From the NCBI GenBank assembly GCA_047495785.1, contig JBLDXI010000017.1, positions 1,426,001 to 1,490,000 of the forward strand: 64,000 nt of DNA. Reading direction: 5' to 3'. This document shows, piece after piece, positions 18,701 to 28,512 of this stretch; position 1 is the stretch's first letter, and each line of letters starts with the position of its first letter. A model generated the notes under the pieces. That model made no database searches. It had not been told where the DNA came from and saw nothing but the letters and a program-made list of their open reading frames with translations. Origin of the DNA: Lepidodermella squamata (taxonomy: Eukaryota > Animalia > Gastrotricha). Both the position numbers and the translations under genes were made by a program.

Positions 18701-19369
18701 TGAATTCCATGAACTCAGCCATTGCACGAGTCTCATGATAAAAGAAAAGTTGGCTACAACCGTTCTTGCAAATTGGATTGCCGTTTTCAGGATAGCGCCG
18801 AATTTCAAGGCCACAGCACTCATTGCATGCGAACTCGCCAACGACGGTAGTCGGATAGAACTCGCCGTTTTCTGTTAGAACGCATTCGAGATCGAAGTAT
18901 AGGACTTTTCCTGGCTCAGGTGTTGTTTTCAATTTAGGTTTTGACCAATAGCATCGATGACCGGGTTCTAGTAAGGTTTTACAGACTACGCATTTACGGC
19001 CGGGGCAGTTATGTTTCAGCAATTTGTTGCGGGTCTTGACTTCGCCGCAACCTCGACATCGGACATACTTATCGCAAATCTTAGCCCTTACATGCGACTC
19101 ATAACACTGCGCACCGAAAAAGAACCGATTGCATCTAGAGCAACAAACAGTCGCGGCTTCGGAGCATCGGTTTAACCTTTTTGGCCTAATTATTGTCCCA
19201 CTCCCAGTCTTTTCAGCCGATGAAGGATTGACCCTCAATCGGTATTGCCCAGGTATTCATCGAGTGGCCGCTGTTTTCACCTAAGAAAAATTCACGACGT
19301 GTTAAATTCATTTTGTTTATATTCCAAATAGAAAACGTCATTTCCTTGAAGAATAGGACTCTGCGCCAT
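15725..19369 (-). CDS. Protein-primed family B DNA polymerase with Cys-rich N-terminus and inserted VSR-like nuclease; at least 9 introns; 5' end uncertain
   Basis: ExoI YFDLE, ExoII HYGG^KFD, FIDS, ExoIII YCVQDV, EYHG^CTIHG, motif A ADINSMYP, motif B KTLQNS^FYGRF, motif C YCDT^DS, KFKG, terminal PYGY. Removing nine GT-AG introns from 19238-15725 leaves 3009 nt in one frame. Confidence 0.92.
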
Positions 19370-19432
19370 GCTAGGATTGGAAAGAATTTGACCGTTACTG
19401 ATAGGATATAGGACTTTGTTTTGGAATTGAAC

Positions 19433-19658
19433 GGCCCTAGTGGTATCCAGCTTCAAAAATAATTAAATTCAATTATTTCCTTACCCTACGACATATTAGG
19501 ACTTGAGAGTCTTCAAGGACAGTGGGAAACTCTAGTAAGGAATGATCCTAGTGATACTCGCTTTAAAAAATGATTTAATGATTTAAATTTAAAGAAATTA
19601 AATGTTAAGGCCGACTTTGTCTTCGTTTAAATTTTTATCCGCGGTTACGAATCCTCCT
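19433..19658 (-). repeat. Right terminal inverted repeat
   Basis: 19617-19658 is the exact reverse complement of 1769-1810; degenerate similarity extends inward to ~19433. Confidence 0.9.
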
Positions 19659-19664
19659 GTTCCC
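19659..19664 (+). repeat. 6-bp target-site duplication GTTCCC (right copy)
   Basis: Immediately follows ...GAATCCTCCT. Confidence 0.95.
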
Positions 19665-20330
19665 ATTTATCAATCATTTGAATGCAGCTTTGGACGTAAA
19701 CACAATTTTAAAATCTACTCGCCCGAGAAACAAAGTATATTTGGACCTGGCGGTACAGCTATATATACGCCGGCCCTGAAATATTGAGTCAACATGCAAC
19801 TTGCGAGTCAAAAATGTCCCTTTCGACTCTCAATACTGCGAAATTCATATTGAATCTTGGGCAAGCACAAGAACTGTATTTTTTGCACTTCGGCAAAAAT
19901 CCTTTGGCGATATCAGCTCGTCGACAAGCCCAAAAGGTCTATGGAATGTGGTTGATATTACTGGAGAGGACAGAAACTCGAGCTATGTGAGTTACAAAGG
20001 CTGTTTCTACCACCGAATAGCGCTTGATGTTCACTTCGAAAGGCGTTCGAATTCGTATTTGGTCAACATTGTCCTGCCGTGTTTCTTTCTGTCTTGTCGC
20101 AATGCTTCTTTTGGCGGCTTTTTGCCACTAAAATCAGTCATAAGACCGGCTTTTTGTTGATCATCTGTTTTGGCATTCACTTTCTACCACGCGTCCATTA
20201 CGTTTAAGCTACCAACATCGGAGTCGCCTCTAATCGCAGCTTTCTTAGGGTTCCATAGAGCTATTGGGACCACTGGTCTTTGTATACAATGTCGCCGAAA
20301 TGTCGCAAAAAAATGGCCACTAAATGGATA
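19665..20330 (+). pseudogene. 3' part of the decayed Cys-loop ligand-gated ion channel gene
   Basis: Frameshifted pieces GGTAIYTPALK / IESTCNLRVKNVPFDSQYCEIHIESW (Cys-loop CxxxxxxxPFDxQxC) and FERRSNSYLVNIVLPCFFLS (pre-M1/M1). Confidence 0.65.
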
Positions 20331-20502
20331 TACCCAAAAAACTTGATGCCAACGAGTTTTCTTCGATTTTTTTACGCTGCGTGTTTTTCAAAGCTGTATT
20401 CTTCTATTTGACTTTTTTATTCAATGTATCTGTTTCATTTTATTTTTATAAAACCGGTGCGTAAAAAGAAGGAAAAACAAGACAACTTTTACGGGTTTGA
20501 AA

Positions 20503-23500
20503 TCACTGTTTGCTGCTTGAACTAGCCCCACTCGACACTTGTTCGGTCCAGTTATACTTGGCGTACATTTTCTGAAGGCGGCAAGATTTGTCGAGCTGAT
20601 TTTCGATCGAATCTTTCTTCGGTTTCAGCCACAGGCCGGGTTCGCAGTCAATCATTCCACCGATCACTTCCTTGCCGAAATAAACCGGGAATTTCTGCTC
20701 GTTTTCGATAATATGCGCATAGCCTTGTTGGCCACTGAAGCCGAATTCAACCGCAAAATATGAGAAAGCCGACGGAATCTGGGTAAAAAATTCAAAATTC
20801 AATGTTTTTAAACAGTTTTAAACAGTCAAAACTTACAGTTTTCTTGATGTTGTTATCCTTTATATCAATAACTTTTTTGTTGTCTGACCACATGCCTTCG
20901 CTCTCTAAAAGTGCTTTCTGGAAAAAAAGAATGAAATTTGAGGAACAATGTTGAAATTCATGAGGCCGTAATGATTTAGTCTAAATTTGAAACACCCACC
21001 TTAAAAAATATTGGCGCATCTCCGGCCGCTTCGTCCTCGAGCGGGAAACACTCGATAACAGTGTGACTTAGATTTTTCGATGGCATACACGTTTCCAAGA
21101 AGACAACATCTTTGCCCTGATCGGCAAACATTCGAAAGACCGATTTTTTGAACAGCTGCACCTCCTCCCACGTGTCGTCTTCGAGTTGCGTCGCCGACCT
21201 GACGTGATCACGCGGGATAATCAGGCATTGGTCCGGAACTAAATTCACCTCGCTAGGCACAGCCAGGTAAGATTTCTCGCCAAATGCGACGACGAGGTGT
21301 TTCACGACCCGGTCCAGGCAGAAATGGCACGAAGATAACGCTTTTGAAGTATTTTTGTGTTCGGCGACTGCTCGCCGTTTTTCCGCAGCTTCGTACTTCT
21401 CGATTGTTCGGCGTTTCGACGCTTTGTCAACGTAAGCATCGTCGAGATCAAAATCGTCATTGAGCTTTTCCTAAAGAAAATATCAAGAGAAATTTATCTG
21501 GTTCAAGTCAAAATTTTACCCTTGGTTGTTAACCCCAAACATTCCCAAATTCCGATCATTTCCGTGATCACGAGTCAATTATATATCATCAGAGAACGAT
21601 GCAACTGTCCCCGTCTACAAGGTGGTTGCGGGCTTAAAAGTCATCCTCCAAGCCATTCCACCCTTTCTACAACCACTTTACAACTACTTCGAAGAATTCT
21701 ACACCGGTGTTCGTAGCGCTAACAGTTCACGATTCGGTTATGGAAAGTCGCAGGTAGCGTTCGCAAACAAACGAACGATTTGTGGTTTCAAAATTTATAG
21801 CTGCTATGAAAACGAGAATCTCTTAGAACCACCACTTAGAATCGGCGTTACCAAGGCAACTCGAATGTGCTTAGCCAATAACTGCGAAACCAAAGAATAT
21901 TCAGTAATTAATTTATACGCGTTGGACACGATTGTTAGTACATTCATTCAAGTTCGTTCCATCAACTGACTCAAAACAGCTGATCAAAGTATTAGAGACG
22001 ACAACAAGTGTGGAATCTTGCCAAGGCGCAAGAATGGCCTTCCTTCGAAATAGCAGCATCCGCAGAAAAATAAATTTTGTAAACCGATGTGGCAAGCAGC
22101 GAGACGAGTAGAACACTTTTACGGGCAAATTTTTCAACGCGAAAAGAAAATTCAACAACTTTAAAGAGTTTTGCCCGGCGATTCACTTCACAGATCGACG
22201 ATCGACGCTTCCCATATCTATTAACAAATACCGACGCCCGCTGCGACAACGACAGCACAACCGGTAACAACCTAGACATCTGCGCTGTGGCTGCCAATTA
22301 TTATTGCTGTTGTCGGATTTTTTTAATATCAGCTCTAAATTACCTTTTCAAGAAATGTCGGAACTATTCGAAAAAGCTCATTCGCAAAGTGGCTCATTAT
22401 TTGCAACAGCGCCAATGCTCTATACCATTGCGAGGTCCGGCTCAACTAGTCCCTTCACCGATATTTCCAGCTCAATTGTCAATTTTTACCCGCTCAAATG
22501 CCTCAGATGCCTCTAGCTTTTTCAATTCGCGAATACTTAGTTCCAGTCATCGTTGCTTTTGGCGTCATCAGGCCTTACCGACGGGTTCAGATCGATCCGG
22601 GTACCTGCACTCAAGTCTCAACTCTTGATAATAAATAATCTCGTAATCTAAAACACTACCAAGCATTTTTTTTATACTTGCTGAAAGCTATCACTCTTTT
22701 ATTTCCCAAATCGCAGTAATGCGACCAATTTTCGAATTGTGTTTTGGGGTTGCAGTAAAATCGCAATTATTGATGAACCATTTACAAATATTGTCTCTCA
22801 TGTAGAGCATTGCGCCCTAAATTCGGGCACTTATTGGGAATTTTCTTCTTTCCCACCAAGGTGAATATTTAGGAAAAAATTGGCTAAAAGCCAAAATTAT
22901 AGGAGAATTCTCGGGCTATCGAATATCGAATGCTGATTTCAAGAAGATTTTACCTTGATTCATGGCTAATTAAGTACAGTGAAAGTTGTCTAAACCGGAC
23001 CGGTCTAAACCGGACTTTCTCTAAACCGGACGTTTTCGGGTGGCTCGATCCAAAAGTGTGGACTTTACATTATAATTTTACTGTCTAAACCGGACTCTCT
23101 AAACCGGACTAGTGGTATAAACCGGACGGATTTTGGGGTCTGAGTCCGGTTTACGCATAAAAAATCCCAATTTTGTAGGGGACTTGGGGGAAAAGCAGGC
23201 ACCTGCCTGTCATGAGTCACCTCGGAAAATTTTAGAATTTTTTAATCGGCCAATCATCCCGGATCTAGCATCTAGAATCTATGTATTTCAATTATTTATA
23301 TGGAAAGGTATAGCTTAAATGACTTTGAAGTTCGTAAAATGTGAAAAATCCTAGGGTTTACGTTATATTTCCCTCATATTTCCCATTTCTAAACCGGACT
23401 TCGTCTAAACCGGACCATTTCGACTGGTGCGACCCGAGTCCGGTTTAGACAACTTTCACTGTAGTAACCTAGACTGAACTAAAAACTTTCCTAATTTTCT

Positions 23501-26500
23501 TGAATTTTGCAGTAATATCTTGTAATATTAATGTCTCGTGACCAAATATTAGCTTGACTAGTTAAAATGAAAATTTTCGGCTTTTTTGGTTTTATTGAAA
23601 CCGTGGCATTGTCGAAGAAATCATTTTGGAAAAAATTCTATTATCTCCCGATGTAATGAATGATAAAAGGTAATGATAAAAATGCAAACCTTGCCCGAAA
23701 ATCGCATGTAAAGCTGATTTTGCTGCCGAGCATCGGTCGCCTTCTCCATAGCCATCATATCAGTAACCGACAGATGATCTTCCCCAGGCAGAAATCTAAG
23801 CCGCTGCCCTGATGACGTGTGCGTTTCGAATTTTCGCCGCGTTCCAGGCGCCACATCAGCCCCGCTACAACTCGCTGCAACATACGGCATCGCGGTGCCA
23901 GATTTCGAAGTCCGCATAACGACCTCAGCATTCGCCGGGACCTCCTCATTCCCGCTATCATCGTCGTCTTCACTTTTCGGTTTCTTGCCCGAACTTTGAG
24001 GCGGCTGCGTCGATGTGGCAGCTCCTCCGAATAACTGCGCCCGCAAAGCTGCGGCCGCTGCTCGGTTTTGTTCGCCGCTACTTTTCGGTTTCGCAACTTC
24101 AACCTCCATTTCTTCATGTTTCTCCCGCGATTTCGGTTTCGAATTCGAGGAAGGGAAGGTTAGTTGAGCCCGCAAAGCAGCTGCGGCTGATTGGTTTGAA
24201 TTCGGCCGCCGATCTGGCTTGGGAGCCGGGCCGATATCCCTAGGTTTCTGGCGGTCTCGATCTTCCGATTCAGACCGGTCGCTGCGATCGCTGCTTCCGC
24301 TGTCTGAACGAGGCTTTCGAACGGGTAAATGACTTTTTCGGTCGTAGTCTTGCCGGCTGGGCCGCTCGTCACGATTTCGATCGCGGTCACGCCGATCACG
24401 GTCGTCGTCGTCATATCGCCGCCTGTCGTCATCTCGCCGAGGTCGATCACGGTCGTAGTCTCGCCTATCAGCATTTCGATCTCGATTGCTGTCGCGATCT
24501 CGATCACGATTATCTCTGAGATGTAGAATTAAAATTGATAGTTAAATCAGAATTATAGACAGAAATCAAAATATGTTTTGTTCAATCTTGATGGCCAATT
24601 AAATGGAACTCTAGTCACGTGCCTCTCCAATGATTAGAAAAATCATAAACTGAGCATTTCTACCCAGCAATTATTCACGTCTTCTAGGAATAGTTGATAC
24701 AGAAGATTTCATAAGGATTCATCATAAATTGTCACTTCATATTTGAAATATAGGAAAAGAATTGAAAAAATCAAAATTAAAGGATGTTTAATTTGACTAC
24801 TCGGCAGCTTCAAGGCAGATTGTGTTTTCGCAATAAAACTACTCAGGCGAGTTTATTTCTACGCAAATTTTTCAAAAATTTCAAATTTTAATTTTTAAAC
24901 GAATTTCTCATATTACGATCATTTTGGTACTTTTTCTGCACTAGTACCGAAAAAGTACCGCAGGAATATCGCAAAGAAATTCTCGAAAAAGCTGAAAAAA
25001 TTATCAGCGGCAAACATCCAAACTTCTGATAAATATTTACAGTATCGCAAATTTACGGTATAATTCAAAAATGAAAATAGGAAATATTGTTCTTTTCAAG
25101 GTCGCGCGGTAAACTCTCGCGCAGCTACAACTTCTCCGAGGCTGTTTGAAGGCTTCTCCTGTCTCTCTTCTCTTTTCTCCAAGTTCGGTTCTATCACCTT
25201 TCCTCTAGGTACGTTTAGAAGCACTTGGCAAAGATATTCGGCGTCATTTATCCTGATGGCTGGAGGCGCGGTTGAGTGGTCCAGTCGTCGTCAAAGCGTC
25301 GTCGCAAAGTCGACGATGGAAGCTGAACTGATTTCACTTGATTCAGCCGTGATGGCCGGCGCCTGGTAGTCGCGCTTACTCAGCGAATTGCTCCCGAGTC
25401 GTGTCGCCTTCCCGTTTGCTTGCGACAATCAAGCGGCGATTGCGGTGGCAAAAGATGCGATTTCGAACCGTCGCACTGAGCATATCCGCCTCCGACTGCA
25501 TTACATCAGGGACCAAATCGAGGACGGATGGATGGTGATCGGTTGGGTCGAGGGTTATCTTAATGCATAAAGCCACGTCAGGGCAGTTTTACTACGATGC
25601 GAGATTCACCTTTCTTTTCTTGGTTTACCGTACATACCGAATACCGAAATACTAGGCATCGCCCATATAGAAGGCAGAACCGAAATATAAGGCAGACCCT
25701 ATTTACAAGGCAAGAATTTTTGGGCGTTCAAAAATATTAGAAGGCAGTGCCTAAAAATTCGGTATTTACGGTAGTTAATTCTCATTCATTAGCTTTATTC
25801 TTTAGTTAAACGACAAACCCGATGTGCTTATTGGAACCGACGACTGCATTAAGCGGATGGTCGAGATGCATTTATCGTTTCGTCCTATTGAAGTTGCTCA
25901 TCTTTATCTAGTTCCTACACCAACTAGCACCGAGGAAAACACTAAACTCCTTCAACTTCCACCTCAACCAGGAGCGCTAGTTTGAGTGCGAGCTTCAACC
26001 TTGGGCCTGCGAAAGCGAGGGAGGCCGCCTAAGCTTAAAAATTGCGTATCGGGCCCAACGGCTGGCAAACCAAGAGCCAAGCCGAGCTCTAGCCGTAGCT
26101 CAGAAATTTTGATTGCGAGCTCCGAAAACAGCAAGAAGACCGGACCAGCTCATTTTCGATATCCATTAGAGTCGAGTCGACAATCCGCAGAGTCGCTGCC
26201 TCGTCTCTTGCTAGGGCCTGCATTTCCTTGACTGCGCATTTTCTCATCACCGCTTGTGACCACTCAGTGGAACAACTGATGAACCAGCTCCGTTTGCTTC
26301 TTGTAGGATTTATGTTGAACATCGAGTTGGACGATCTAGTAACTGCTCCTTTGGCTGACAGCGAACTAACTGAAGCCTCATTCGTAATGCCCAGCAAGAA
26401 GAGTTGCTGCTGTTGCTCATGGCGGGGGACGCTGCGATTGGTTGGACTGTGGTTGGCGACGGTAGTTGTCGGGTCAATACTAACATCATTGATGATGAGC

Positions 26501-28265
26501 TTGGTGTGGAGGTTTTCGTAATGATATCTTGCATCAAATTGAAGAGTGCCAAATAAATGCGTGCCAGCTCCAAGAAGCTCGGGTGTTGAAGGTAAAGACT
26601 GACTACATCAAACACTTCAAGTTGATTCATTCATTCATTAAGCGAATTTGAGAGTTTGAAAATTTAATGGAAGATGAAGTTCGGAGGATGCTTTAATGAT
26701 TTTAGAACTCGAGTAAAAAACGTATTTTTACTTCCAAGAACAGTGTTTACTCTACCGTAGTAGTTTTTTCGGTATTTGTACCGTAAAAGTAGAATTTGGC
26801 ATGGTAGCGTATACTTTCGCAGCGAACCCAAAACTGCTGGAAATGCTCGACCAGGTACAAGACAGATTCGTGAAAGCAACGGGGGTTCAGCTTCAGTCCC
26901 TCTCGCAACGCCGATTCGTCGGCGTCATGACCTACATTTACAAGATTGTGGTCGCAGGTCGAGGAACTGCTCAAATCCGGTCGAAATTCGTCAAGATCAA
27001 CAAACAAACCATCAGAACCAAATCGAGAAGATGGGAAAACCTACACCACCACCAGATCCGGCTGGCAGCGAAGAGCTCAACAAAGGACACTGCTCCCTTC
27101 ACGCGCATGGCGGCCATCATCCAGCGCTGGAATGACCTGCCCAAGACCGTGTTTCCTGACATTATTGATCCTAATTTATTCATAATATCTGTGAACGATC
27201 TAGGCCTAGTTTTTTAACATCCGAAAACTGACCGAAAATTATCCGTAAATAAAAAAAAAAGTACCGAAAAAGTACCGCAGGAATCGGCAAAAGAATTACA
27301 ATTTTAGAATTTCCAATTCTTCAAAAATAAATAAAAAACTTATATACCTCCTTGAATTTCGATCTTTTGACGGATCCATGAAAGATCGTCCACTAGGTCC
27401 CCTTCGACTTGGTTCTTCTCGGGAATTTCGGTCTTGATAATCGCGGGCCGAAATGCTGGTTCCAATTTTCCGTTCCGCATCTTCTATCTGCTTTTGAAGC
27501 TGAAAATTAAAATTCAGTAGAAAAAAATGAATCAATTGTTTTTATTAAAATTCAAACCTCCTCCAAAGATCCGTAACGTTCAGCAACAACTTCCTCCAAA
27601 TCTCGGCCCTCATCCTTCGCAAGCTGCTCGCATCTCAACAGCGCCCGTTTCAACCACTTGACATCAGTGCTGGCCGAAGATTGAGCCGGTGCTTGGCTAG
27701 TTTTCGCCTGTTCCTTCTGCTCCTCAGGCAAACCAGAACCACCCTCCTTCCAAAACGGGTTCAATTCCTTAGGATGAGACCCGGGTTGCTCGATAGTGTT
27801 CAGCTGATCCAGCTCGGCGCGATTAGCCCCGAGAAGTTTCGCCAGCCCGATCTGAGACATATTTTTCTCGAGTTCTCCTCGAGTTTTTGTCTTTTTCTCC
27901 CGGGCAGAACTAGCGCCTTCGATTAAAGCCGTTAATTCCTTGTCTTCCGGTAAAATCGCATTGCTAACAGTGGCTGAAGACGATTTAGCGACAGGTTTTT
28001 CGCCCCATTCTGATTCGGACTCTTCAGAACTCGACGGCACTTTCATATTCATCAGATCATCTTCGTCTATATCACTGTCATTTTTCGACGAAACATCCGG
28101 ATATTCGGCAGCTTTCGGCGCCGATTTTATACTTGGACCGGCAAAAACTGCGGCCGGCGTTTCATACTGCTTCTGCAAATTTTTCAGCTTCTTCAACCGG
28201 TCTATCGCCGCTTCATCTTTCGCTGTCTGAATTGTTTCAGCATTGACAAATTTCTTATTAAACAT
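20503..28265 (-). CDS. CWF19L2: CWF19-like protein 2 (CwfJ C-terminal domains), multi-exon with TE-filled introns
   Basis: PGSHPKELNPFWKEGGSGLP, KWLKRALLRC..AERYGSLE, KHLVVAFG..CLIIP..H, VVFLET..HTVIECFP, YFAVEFG..GYAHIIE..FPVYFGKEVIGGMI, YNWT. Confidence 0.9.
21560..22050 (+). mobile_element. Possible decayed MULE-type transposase remnant in a CWF19L2 intron
   Basis: LQPLYNYFEEFYTG...ANNCE loosely resembles the MULE C-terminal YFExxWIG...TNNxxE pattern; broken by stops. Confidence 0.3.
22977..23461. mobile_element. Tc1/mariner-pogo-type MITE (485 bp)
   Basis: 24-bp perfect TIR cagtgaaagttgtctaaaccggac, flanking TA dinucleotides, and about ten internal (c/a)taaaccggac sub-repeats in both orientations. 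Confidence 0.85.
25230..25570 (+). mobile_element. Ty1/copia RNase H remnant
   Basis: WSSRRQSVVAKSTMEAELISL and CDNQAAIAVAKDAISNRRTEHIRLRLHYIRD; internal stop. Confidence 0.8.
25628..25771. mobile_element. Short MITE with CCGTA termini
   Basis: ta-ccgtacataccgaa ... ttcggtatttacgg-ta inverted ends, with internal aaggcag repeats. Confidence 0.6.
26780..27259 (+). mobile_element. 5'-truncated non-LTR retrotransposon (CR1/L2-like) 3' end with poly-A
   Basis: LDQVQDRFVKA..LQSLSQRR..YKIV..FTRMAAIIQRWNDLPKTV, followed by an A-run at 27251-27260. Confidence 0.7.
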
Positions 28266-28512
28266 CGCCTATTAAATCAAATTACGAGTCGAATAAAACA
28301 GAACACCTTATTTTATAATTGTATTTTTTCTACAAATTTCAGATTTCTTTATCGTATGATACAAATCACTGATTTTCTTGAAGCAGGATTATTAGAATGA
28401 CAAAATTTGTTCAGTTCAATCTTTGTCGCCCCGCCGGCCTCTATCGTCTCGATCACGTCCTCGCCTATGGAAAGAAATGTCATGAAATCCACCTTAATAA
28501 TTCAATTTTTCG

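Larger units (their letters stand above)
1769..19658. mobile_element. Maverick/Polinton (polintovirus/adintovirus-like) element, 17,890 bp, near-intact
   Basis: AG...CT termini with (AGG)2, TIRs and a 6-bp TSD. Encodes DDE integrase, pPolB, double-jelly-roll MCP, penton, adenain protease and packaging ATPase. Confidence 0.97.

Noticed and set aside
15725-19238. pPolB as a fragmented pseudogene (many short ORFs in the track)
   Set aside because: Every break coincides with a canonical 44-71 nt GT-AG intron, and splicing restores one frame with all catalytic motifs.
22977-23461. CRISPR-like array of ctaaaccggac repeats
   Set aside because: Repeats are 11 bp, irregularly spaced and in both orientations inside a TIR/TA-flanked MITE in a eukaryotic intron.
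24160-24526. Ile/Thr/Val-rich ORFs in alternative frames (also 28397-28959)
   Set aside because: Shadow frames of the RD/RS-rich exons of CWF19L2 and FIP1L1.
25860-26630. hAT dimerisation-domain-like snippets (EVAHLYLVPTPTS; FLELARIYL)
   Set aside because: Too short and degraded to call a feature.
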